A stretch of 64,000 nt of DNA from Bacteroidota bacterium (lineage in GTDB: Bacteria > Bacteroidota > Bacteroidia > NS11-12g > UBA955): positions 289 to 64,288 of the forward strand of contig JAURFW010000002.1 of assembly GCA_030834125.1 (NCBI GenBank), read 5' to 3'. This document shows, piece after piece, positions 56,320 through 64,000 of the stretch; position 1 is the stretch's first letter, and each line of letters begins with the position of its first letter. The notes under the pieces are model-generated. The model had not been told where the DNA came from and searched no databases. It worked only from the letters and a program-made list of their open reading frames with translations. Both the position numbers and the translations under genes were made by a program.

Positions 56320-57063
56320 ATGTCTGATAAGTTAATTTGTCTGCAGTCTTGGGCACCAATTCGTAAAGAACCAAGTTCAGCGTCCGAAATGGTAAGTTCA
56401 TTACTTTTTGGTGAAATAGTTTGGGTCCGAAAAGAACTTGATGATTCTTGGTTGGAAATACAAGCAATGTCACCTGAGTATATTGGATTTATTCCTAAGG
56501 GTTATTTGTGCGAATTACCTGCAGAAGAGTTTTCGGTAAAATCAATCTTTGAACCATCATACATACAATCATTACAAGAACCACAGTATAAAATACGATT
56601 AAGCCCTGGTTCTTTTCTTCCTGATTTTTCAAGTATCCCTATTTCTGGTATTGAATATTCAACACAAATAATAGCTACACAAAAAGTTGATGAATTTACT
56701 GTTATTCATCAATTTTTAAATACACCTTATTTGTGGGGCGGTAGATCAATTTGGGGTATTGATTGTAGCGGATTAACTGGTATTTTTGCTAGAATTCAAG
56801 GTGTAGAAATCCCTAGAGATGCAAGTCAGCAATACCACTTTATTAAGAAAGAAATTCAATGGGGAGAACACAAAAAAGGTGATTTAGCATTCTTTGCAAA
56901 TGAGAATGATAAAATTACTCATGTGGGAATTATTTTAGAGGAAAATAAAATAATACATGCCCATAACAGAGTTTGTATCGATACTTTAAACTCTAATGGC
57001 ATTATCAAACCATCAAAAGAGCTATCCCACAAATTATCAGCAATAAAGAGAATTGAACTATGA
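56320..57063 (+). CDS. NlpC/P60 (C40) family peptidase with an N-terminal SH3-like domain.
   Basis: 247 aa. The catalytic region 'GIDCSGLTGIFAR' (Cys) ... 'HVGIIL' (His) matches C40. Confidence 0.8.
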   Translation: MSDKLICLQSWAPIRKEPSSASEMVSSLLFGEIVWVRKELDDSWLEIQAMSPEYIGFIPKGYLCELPAEEFSVKSIFEPSYIQSLQEPQYKIRLSPGSFLPDFSSIPISGIEYSTQIIATQKVDEFTVIHQFLNTPYLWGGRSIWGIDCSGLTGIFARIQGVEIPRDASQQYHFIKKEIQWGEHKKGDLAFFANENDKITHVGIILEENKIIHAHNRVCIDTLNSNGIIKPSKELSHKLSAIKRIEL

Positions 57064-57503
57064 AGTTAGCCGAATATATTAACGATATGAAACCCGATTT
57101 CCACAAGTTATATGGTGCAAAATACGGTTTTGAAATTGGGCAATCTGAAGTACATATGGACTTAACATTAAACGCAACTACTCAATATTTGCAGAAATTG
57201 TTAATGTCGGGTAAAATGAAGGAAATACAGAATTTAGCTATGCAGGGTTCATTTGCCATGAAGGACAGTCCATATTACAACGAGTTGATGCAGAATGTAG
57301 TTGCTACCTATTATGGTTTAACTTGGGAAAACGAAAGAAAAACTCAGCTAGCCGAAGATATTCTTACATTTATTATTGATGGATTAAAACATCGGTTTAA
57401 TGCTGGTGGTTATAGTATGGATAAAAAAGGGGTAATGGATTTTCTTGGTATTGATTTGGGGATTTTAGGTAAAATGGGAGGAATGTTTAGTAAGTTCTTC
57501 TAA
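57060..57503 (+). CDS. Hypothetical protein.
   Basis: 147 aa with no recognisable motif. Overlaps the NlpC/P60 stop by 4 nt (ATGA). Confidence 0.4.
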   Translation: MKLAEYINDMKPDFHKLYGAKYGFEIGQSEVHMDLTLNATTQYLQKLLMSGKMKEIQNLAMQGSFAMKDSPYYNELMQNVVATYYGLTWENERKTQLAEDILTFIIDGLKHRFNAGGYSMDKKGVMDFLGIDLGILGKMGGMFSKFF

Positions 57504-57512
57504 CAAATAATA

Positions 57513-60059
57513 ATGGTGAAAAGCAAAATTAGAGGAGTCTTATTCATATTATTCATTTCTGGATGGAACATTACTTTTGCTCAATACCTACTTCCCAAAA
57601 AAATAAAGGGATTAACTCAAACACAGTTGCTCCTTGAGGAAACAGATGATGCCAAGTTAGTTTTAGAAAATCTTTCTGATTATCAGCACATTGAAAAAGT
57701 ATTAATAAATGGTGAAGTTGATATTGCAATAGCCTGTAAGGCACTTTCGTTAATTGATGCTGTTGAAGATCTTGAATTAAGAAAATTTGATGGGATTTTA
57801 TCCGATGAGGATATTCAAAATATTGAATGGGTCCCTAATCTGTTTATTTATATTCCAGTAGATAGGGAAGAGGCGTTTTTATTAAACCCAGCATGGCAAT
57901 ATATTAGAAATGCTGTTATAGAATTGCAAGAAATTCCAGTAGACTTTGAATTTTTTCAAGGATGGAAATCTATAAAGTATTTATGTTTATTAGGTGATTT
58001 TAATGCTACACAAGCCCAAAATGCAGCTGTTGCTATTCGCAATTATATTCCGAAAATTGAGCAAATAGGTTTTTCCCTTTTGGATATTAAAGATATGCCC
58101 ATGGCTTTGTCTGAGTTACCTTATTTGAAGTCGGTTGAGATTTATAATTCAATTGATATGGCACAAGGTTACGATTGGGACAATTTGGGTGAAATCACTA
58201 GGCCCTTATTTAAGGGGTTTGATACTATTTACTTAGATCCAAACCAGCGAACGGCTTTCGTAACAAAGCCTCTTTTTGTCCCATTACATTACTTTGCTTT
58301 TGAGCCTGAAATAACTACTTCTCAAGAGAAATTTATTGAAAATAGATTTCCTACAAAATCATATACAAATGATTATTTATGGTATGAAGATGAGGCCAAA
58401 AAAAATAGTGATTTTCTTCAATTTAGAGGTGTCAATCTCTCTGTTTACCAACCGATAAAATCATTTCAAAATGCTGTATTAAGCGAATATTCTTCCAATG
58501 ATGCTATTTTTCAAGGTAAAGGTGATTCAAATTATATTTTCTTATTGCCAAATAAAGGGGCTTTAATAATTCCTGCAAATTCATTAGAAATAACAAGTGG
58601 TTTTCCTTATTCCGGAAGCTATACTGCGCATGTTGCAACAGCAAACAAACTCGAAGACCTGTTTGCAGAAGGAGCATCAATGCAATTTGATAGCATAGGT
58701 AAAACATTTAGTATTAATCCTGAATTTTGGGTAAATATCATAATATATGCCACAGACTCAAAGGAGCCACTTACAATTAAATCTGGTAACTTTTTGCAGT
58801 TCTCTTATCTCACTGAAAAGAAGAATATTGGAAGTTTTTATTCATGGAATAGTAATTCTAGTAAGTGGGAAAATTATTATGACTACGATTATCAGTTTGA
58901 TGATGATAAAATTAGAGCAATTGATTTTTATCAAATAGCCCATGGTAAGAGACAACATATTAAGCAAATAGCGAATGAAAGTTATTCATTAGACGATCGA
59001 TTTGAATTAGCGGGATTTCATTATTTGTTGAATCCGGGTGAGAAAAATGTAAAAATCAAAAAGGAAAATGGCTTTTGGATAAATAGAAACACCGCAAAAG
59101 GAGATAAAACCATTCAATGGGTAAGAGGGCGGCCGATGTTTAAGTTGCGATTGTTACAAAGACAAAAGACTGCACCTAAGTTTCAAGATTTCATGATAAT
59201 GTCCATGGATCGCGGATTAATGCCGGAATGGAAAGAACTTGAAGATGTGGTATTGTCATTTGAAACTAACCTTAATAAAAAGGAAATAACCAAAATGTTA
59301 TCTAAAAAGCGTTGGTTAGATTTTCGATTGGTTGAATCAAGTGGTTTCTATGCATTAGAACTTAAAACGCAAAACGGATTTTACGAGATTCAACTTTCAC
59401 ATCCATTGGAAAGGTATAAAGTTCTATCAGATAAGGGTGAGAAAATGAATAGAAAATTACGTAGTGCAATTAATAAATATTTCGATGAAAGGAATATGAA
59501 AGATTTAGCTATGTTAATGTTTGAAAAACAAAAAAGTTCTCAAATTGAGAGGAGCCAATATGCCACAATATTTGATCGTATGCATTCCAATAAAGATGTA
59601 GTAAAATCCTTTAAAATTAGAAGTTTAGGTGAGTTTGCTGTAGGAGTTGTTACACCTTGTGATTTAGAATTAAATACAGAAATTATATTGAGCGATTACG
59701 GTAAGGTACCTTTAAACCCAAATAGAGTTTGGATATATTTTAAAAATGGCTCATCCGTGGGATTAGATGTAACTACGAGGATTCCATTTAATTACAAAGT
59801 AAGAGATATTGCCGCCATTTTAGCCGAGACTAAAAATTCAAACTCATCACAAATCACAAAAAACGGAAAACATACAAACATATTATACTATTATTTATCA
59901 GGAAAAGACCTTCTAACTCAAGGGATTGCTCCAAATAAAATAATGTATCTGCCGCTAAAGCCGCTACCGCAGCATATTAAAAATCATAATGAACTTTCTG
60001 ACTTTATGAATTGGAGTAGCGATAAGAAAAAGAAATTAAGAAAATCAAAAAAGAAATGA
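57513..60059 (+). CDS. Large hypothetical secreted protein with a Lys-rich C-terminus.
   Basis: 848 aa. Signal peptide 'MVKSKIRGVLFILFISGWNITFAQ'. C-terminal 'KKKKLRKSKKK'. No recognisable catalytic motif. Confidence 0.45.
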   Translation: MVKSKIRGVLFILFISGWNITFAQYLLPKKIKGLTQTQLLLEETDDAKLVLENLSDYQHIEKVLINGEVDIAIACKALSLIDAVEDLELRKFDGILSDEDIQNIEWVPNLFIYIPVDREEAFLLNPAWQYIRNAVIELQEIPVDFEFFQGWKSIKYLCLLGDFNATQAQNAAVAIRNYIPKIEQIGFSLLDIKDMPMALSELPYLKSVEIYNSIDMAQGYDWDNLGEITRPLFKGFDTIYLDPNQRTAFVTKPLFVPLHYFAFEPEITTSQEKFIENRFPTKSYTNDYLWYEDEAKKNSDFLQFRGVNLSVYQPIKSFQNAVLSEYSSNDAIFQGKGDSNYIFLLPNKGALIIPANSLEITSGFPYSGSYTAHVATANKLEDLFAEGASMQFDSIGKTFSINPEFWVNIIIYATDSKEPLTIKSGNFLQFSYLTEKKNIGSFYSWNSNSSKWENYYDYDYQFDDDKIRAIDFYQIAHGKRQHIKQIANESYSLDDRFELAGFHYLLNPGEKNVKIKKENGFWINRNTAKGDKTIQWVRGRPMFKLRLLQRQKTAPKFQDFMIMSMDRGLMPEWKELEDVVLSFETNLNKKEITKMLSKKRWLDFRLVESSGFYALELKTQNGFYEIQLSHPLERYKVLSDKGEKMNRKLRSAINKYFDERNMKDLAMLMFEKQKSSQIERSQYATIFDRMHSNKDVVKSFKIRSLGEFAVGVVTPCDLELNTEIILSDYGKVPLNPNRVWIYFKNGSSVGLDVTTRIPFNYKVRDIAAILAETKNSNSSQITKNGKHTNILYYYLSGKDLLTQGIAPNKIMYLPLKPLPQHIKNHNELSDFMNWSSDKKKKLRKSKKK

Positions 60060-61549
60060 CTCCTCTACAAATATTTACAGGACTTGCCAGTTATTTTACA
60101 TTACTACTAGGGGTTGGATATTTTACCGCAAAAAAATCCGGAGACTCCGGTTATTTTCTGGGAAATAAACAAAGCATATGGTGGATGGTAGCCCTAGGCA
60201 TGCTATCGGATTCAATGAGCGGTGTAAGTTTTATTTCTGTGCCTGGCGCGGTAGTTAATGTCAATTTCTCTTACATGCAAGTAGTATTTGGGTATTTCGT
60301 GGGCTACCTTATTATTTCGTATATATTACTACCTCTTTATTATAAGCGAAACTTAACTTCAATTTATGAATACCTAGAACAGCGTTTTGGGGCTGCCGAA
60401 CAGAAAACGGGTGCTTTCTTTTTTGTGATTTCTAGATTGTTAGGTTCAGCAGGACGACTGTTTCTAACAGCAATAATTCTTCAAAAGTTCTTATTCGATC
60501 CTTGGGGTGTTCCATTTGCCCTCACCGTTTCTATTATTATTTTATTGATATTAGCCTATACTTTTAAAGGTGGAATTGGGACTTTGGTATTTACTGATGC
60601 TTTACAAAGCACATTTCTTATTGGTGGACTATTAGTATGTTTTAGTTTGATTTATTTTTCACCGGAATTGTCTGATCACTCTTTATCATTCTTATTTTGG
60701 AAATCCTCTAGTTATACTACAATATTTAATTGGGATTACTTTTCTTCTAGTTATTTCGGAAAGCATTTTATAGGAGGAATTTTCTTATGTGTTGCTATGA
60801 CAGGCCTGGACCAAAATATGATGCAAAAGAATCTAAGCTGTCGTAGTCTTAAGGATGCTCAAAAAAACATGCTGATGACGGCATTTATAGTAGTTTTAGT
60901 CAACATCGTATTTCTGAGTTTAGGTGTATTAATGATTGAATTTTTATCTGCAAAAGGAACATTAGAGAGTACAATTGCACAAGGCACCGATTACATTTTC
61001 CCAAGTATAGCATTAAATCATTTGGGAACAGTGGGAGGAATAGCATTTGTACTTGGTTTATCGGCGGCAACGTTTTCTAGTGCAGATAGCGTGCTTACTA
61101 CCTTAACAACAAGTACATATTTTGACCTTTTGCATATCCATAAATCCAATGTTATTAGTGAAGAACAACGCTTAAAACGTAGGCAAATATTTCACATTGT
61201 TTTTGCCTTTTTACTTTGGTTGAGTATAATGGGATTCTATAAGTTTTCTAGTGGAGCAATAATTGATGTTGTATTACAGATGGCCAATTATACTTATGGA
61301 CCCTTATTGGGTTTGTTCGCTTTCGGTATTATATCGAAAAAGAAACTCAACCCCATTGGAATGATAACGGTATCAGTAATTGTGCCAGTTATTTGCTGGT
61401 ATTTAGGTAAAAATGAATATGTATCATCACTTATTGGACTAAGTCCATTAGAATGGGAGTATAAGTTTGGTTATGAACTACTCTTAATAAATGGAATACT
61501 ATCCAGTTTGGGTTATTGGTTTGTTTCAGTTATATCCAAGCGTTTTTAA
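60056..61549 (+). CDS. Sodium:solute symporter (SSS) family transporter.
   Basis: 497 aa, polytopic. 'YFLGNKQSIWWMVALGMLSDSMSGVSFISVPG' is typical of the SSS N-terminus. Overlaps the upstream gene by 4 nt. Confidence 0.75.
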   Translation: MTPLQIFTGLASYFTLLLGVGYFTAKKSGDSGYFLGNKQSIWWMVALGMLSDSMSGVSFISVPGAVVNVNFSYMQVVFGYFVGYLIISYILLPLYYKRNLTSIYEYLEQRFGAAEQKTGAFFFVISRLLGSAGRLFLTAIILQKFLFDPWGVPFALTVSIIILLILAYTFKGGIGTLVFTDALQSTFLIGGLLVCFSLIYFSPELSDHSLSFLFWKSSSYTTIFNWDYFSSSYFGKHFIGGIFLCVAMTGLDQNMMQKNLSCRSLKDAQKNMLMTAFIVVLVNIVFLSLGVLMIEFLSAKGTLESTIAQGTDYIFPSIALNHLGTVGGIAFVLGLSAATFSSADSVLTTLTTSTYFDLLHIHKSNVISEEQRLKRRQIFHIVFAFLLWLSIMGFYKFSSGAIIDVVLQMANYTYGPLLGLFAFGIISKKKLNPIGMITVSVIVPVICWYLGKNEYVSSLIGLSPLEWEYKFGYELLLINGILSSLGYWFVSVISKRF

Positions 61550-62923
61550 CATACTCTTGTAACTTTGTTCTTTTGAGAATAGTCTGAAGAAGTATTCTCC
61601 ATCCTCATCGCGATCAATAATAACATGCTTTGGTGCAGGAGTTAAACAGTGTTGTATACCTCCAAATCCGCCTATGCTTTCTTGGTAAGCAGCAGTATGG
61701 AAGAAGCCAATATATAATGGATCGTCTTTGCTATATTTAGGTAGGTAAATAGCATTTACGTGTTGTTCTGAATTGTAATAATCATCACTATCGCAAGTAA
61801 TACCTCCTAATAATACACGCTCATATTCTTCGTTCCATCTATTAATAGGTAACATGATGAACTTTTTATTAATTGCCCATGCGTCAGGTAGTTGAGTCAT
61901 GAAGCTAGAGTCAATCATGTTCCATTTCTCTCTATCGTTTTGTGCTTTTTGGTCTAATACACTGAAAATAGTTCCGCCAGATTCACCTACAGTAAATGAC
62001 CCAAACTCAGTAAAGATATCTGGTTCAGGTACATTGTTTTCTTCACATACTTGTTTGATCTGAGACACGATTTCATTTGCCATATACTCGTAATCATATG
62101 AGAATGTAAGTGAGTTTTTAATTGGGAAACCACCTCCAATGTTGAGGGTATCAAGTTCCGGGCATTCCTTCTTTAACTCGCAATATACTCTAAGACACTT
62201 GTGTAGTTCATTCCAGTAATAAGCTGTATCATAAATACCAGTATTGATAAAGAAGTGAAGCATTTTACATTGAACCTGAGGATTGTTCTTTATTGTAGAT
62301 CTATAGAAAGGAACAATGTCTTTGTAGCCAATACCTAAACGACTCGTATAAAACTCGAATTTTGGTTCTTCTTCTGCCGCAATCCTAATGCCACATTTGA
62401 ATTCTTTGTCTGTATACTCCATCAACTGCGCCATTTCTCTTTGATTGTCAAATACAGGAATAACATTTTTCCAATTATTGTTTATTAGGCTTGCGATGTT
62501 TTCAAGATAGTTATCTCGCTTGAATCCATTACATACAACAAACTTATCTTTGTTTAACTTGCCTTGTTCTTCAAGTGCTTCAATAATGTTTATATCAAAA
62601 GCCGATGAGGTTTCAATATGCACATCGTTATTAAGTACTTCATCTAAAACATGTTGGAAGTGATTAGACTTAGTGCAATAACAATAATAGTATTTCCCTT
62701 TGTAATCGGACTTGGCGATGGCCACATTAAACCATGATCGAGCTTTCTTGATATTTTCACTTATCTTGGGTAAGTAGGTGAATTTAAGAGGAGTTCCGTA
62801 TTGTTTGATTAATTCATTGAGTGGAATCTCATGAAAAGAAAGTTCTCCTTCTTCGCTAAGTTGGAACTCAGGAATAGGGAAATCAAATGTTTGTTGTATT
62901 AGGTCAATGTATTTGTTTTTCAC
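61526..62923 (-). CDS. speA: Orn/DAP/Arg decarboxylase family protein, likely the biosynthetic arginine decarboxylase.
   Basis: 465 aa. The N-terminal 'YGTPLKFTYLPKI...YYYCYCTKSNHFQHVLDEVL' carries a PLP-Lys within an AxKxN-like context. 'GGGFPIK' matches the Gly-rich loop. The size fits flavobacterial SpeA-like proteins. Confidence 0.55.
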   Translation of the reverse strand: MKNKYIDLIQQTFDFPIPEFQLSEEGELSFHEIPLNELIKQYGTPLKFTYLPKISENIKKARSWFNVAIAKSDYKGKYYYCYCTKSNHFQHVLDEVLNNDVHIETSSAFDINIIEALEEQGKLNKDKFVVCNGFKRDNYLENIASLINNNWKNVIPVFDNQREMAQLMEYTDKEFKCGIRIAAEEEPKFEFYTSRLGIGYKDIVPFYRSTIKNNPQVQCKMLHFFINTGIYDTAYYWNELHKCLRVYCELKKECPELDTLNIGGGFPIKNSLTFSYDYEYMANEIVSQIKQVCEENNVPEPDIFTEFGSFTVGESGGTIFSVLDQKAQNDREKWNMIDSSFMTQLPDAWAINKKFIMLPINRWNEEYERVLLGGITCDSDDYYNSEQHVNAIYLPKYSKDDPLYIGFFHTAAYQESIGGFGGIQHCLTPAPKHVIIDRDEDGEYFFRLFSKEQSYKSMLKTLGYN

Positions 62924-63097
62924 TATGTAACCGAATTAGATTGCAAAAAGTTTTCAAAAGTAATTTAAATAGATTAGTTTTAAAATTTTAGTTCATGTTA
63001 TTTAGTTCATAATTGCGTGATTATTGCAAACTCATTCTTATAATCAAGTAAATAAGCAGTATTTTTGCACAATATTTGACAATTAATCAAGAGAATT

Positions 63098-64000
63098 ATG
63101 AGTAAAATTAGTGTTATTGGAGCAGGAAACGTAGGCGCAAGTTGCGCAGAGTACATTGCAATCAAAAACTTCGCGGACGAAGTTGTATTGTTGGACATCA
63201 AAGAAAATTTTGCCGAAGGTAAAGCCATGGATTTAATGCAAACGGCTGCATTAAATGGTTTTGATACGCGTATCATTGGTTCAACAAATGATTATTCCAA
63301 AACACAAAGAAGCGACGTAGTTGTTATTACTAGTGGTATTCCAAGAAAGCCAGGTATGACTCGTGAAGAGCTAATTGGTATTAATGCGGGTATCGTTAAA
63401 ATGGTAATGGAGAATTGTTTACAACAATCCCCGGAAGCAATTTTTGTTATTGTTTCAAATCCAATGGATACAATGACTTACCTAGCAAAAACAACTGCTG
63501 GGTTGCCAAAGAATAGAATCATAGGCATGGGGGGAGCATTGGATAGTGCTCGTTTTCGCTATTTCCTTAGTCAAGCTTTGGGATGTCCTATGTCTGAGGT
63601 TGAAGGAATGGTAATAGGTGGACACGGAGATAAAACAATGATTCCACTAACTCGCCTTGCATCATACAAAGGAATTCCGGTAAGTGAATTTCTTTCTGAG
63701 GACCAACTTGCTGAAATTAAAGCTAGCACAATGGTTGGTGGAGCTACTTTAACAGGTATGCTAGGTACTTCGGCTTGGTATGCTCCGGGAGCAGCAGTAT
63801 CGACATTGGTTCAATCAATAGTTTGCGATCAAAAGAAAATGATGCCTTGTTGTGTTGAATTAAATGGTGAATATGGTGAATCAGATATTTGTATCGGTGT
63901 TCCTGTAGTATTAGGAAAATCTGGTTGGGAAAAGGTTGTAAATCTTGATCTTAATAATTCTGAAAAAGGAGAATTTAAAGCTTCTGCCGATGCGGTAAGA
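63098..64000 (+). CDS. mdh: Malate dehydrogenase (LDH-like, NAD-dependent). 5'-partial: it runs off the window end.
   Basis: Not in the ORF track because no stop occurs before 64000. From the ATG at 63098 the translation is 'MSKISVIGAGNVGASCAEYIAIKNFADEVVLLDI...VVITSGIPRKPGMTREELIGINAGI...VIGGHGDKTMIPL'. This carries the Rossmann motif 'GAGNVG' and the catalytic His in 'GGHGD'. Confidence 0.9.
   Translation, partial: MSKISVIGAGNVGASCAEYIAIKNFADEVVLLDIKENFAEGKAMDLMQTAALNGFDTRIIGSTNDYSKTQRSDVVVITSGIPRKPGMTREELIGINAGIVKMVMENCLQQSPEAIFVIVSNPMDTMTYLAKTTAGLPKNRIIGMGGALDSARFRYFLSQALGCPMSEVEGMVIGGHGDKTMIPLTRLASYKGIPVSEFLSEDQLAEIKASTMVGGATLTGMLGTSAWYAPGAAVSTLVQSIVCDQKKMMPCCVELNGEYGESDICIGVPVVLGKSGWEKVVNLDLNNSEKGEFKASADAVR

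Noticed and set aside
63007-63276. An 89-aa ORF on the - strand from the ORF track.
   Set aside because: It lies antisense across the start of a clearly recognisable malate dehydrogenase gene (+, from 63098) that the ORF track omitted only because the gene runs off the window end. It is a shadow ORF.
1-64000. A search for CRISPR arrays, tRNA/rRNA genes, and transposase/integrase/recombinase genes or terminal inverted repeats flanking the NRPS cluster.
   Set aside because: I saw no regularly spaced direct repeats and no tRNA-like cloverleaf candidates. No ORF had DDE, tyrosine- or serine-recombinase motifs. Mobility of the cluster is therefore not supported by the sequence in this window.

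Overview
This window is a 64-kb chromosomal segment from a low-GC Bacteroidetes-type genome. The evidence for the phylum is an adjacent pair of secreted proteins, one with a T9SS type-B (gliding-motility CHU_C-like) C-terminal sorting domain and one with a tail-fibre/S74 chaperone domain, together with the general lack of Shine-Dalgarno signals and the AT-rich coding.

The first ~23 kb and the last ~8 kb are ordinary housekeeping genes. On the left: a class IV aminotransferase, the bifunctional nuclease, EtfB and EtfA, Mpl, transketolase split into N- and C-terminal subunit genes with a vWA-domain gene between them, Mfd, an MBL-fold hydrolase, two large outer-membrane proteins, Crp/Fnr, an SAM methyltransferase, a cyclophilin-FKBP PPIase, an MmcQ/YjbR protein, a MORN/YwqK protein and uridine kinase. 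On the right: a metallophosphoesterase, a ferredoxin, an NlpC/P60 peptidase, an SSS symporter, an Orn/Arg decarboxylase-family enzyme and a 5'-partial malate dehydrogenase running off the window end.

The centre, ~26.3-55.3 kb, is the stand-out. It is one co-directional string of 13 tightly packed or overlapping genes, all on the + strand, forming a large non-ribosomal peptide synthetase biosynthetic gene cluster. Four NRPS proteins of 1658, 2583, 907 and 2261 aa carry 6 adenylation domains, 8 thiolation domains, 8 condensation-type domains, 1 epimerisation domain and 1 thioesterase. Upstream are a Sfp-type phosphopantetheinyl transferase, a PhyH-type Fe(II)/2-oxoglutarate dioxygenase, and an aminotransferase / HPPD-like dioxygenase / FAD-oxidase cassette that resembles an aryl-glycine (hydroxyphenylglycine-type) precursor pathway. 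The cluster also holds a small SET-domain protein inserted between two NRPS genes, an M28-fold metallopeptidase and a second SAM methyltransferase.

Domain order implies a non-colinear assembly line, gene 3 -> gene 4 -> gene 1 -> gene 2. Two modules lack an adenylation domain, and the two NRPS proteins without a C-terminal C or TE domain end in matching acidic tails that look like docking peptides. I saw no rRNA, tRNA, CRISPR array, transposase or integrase.
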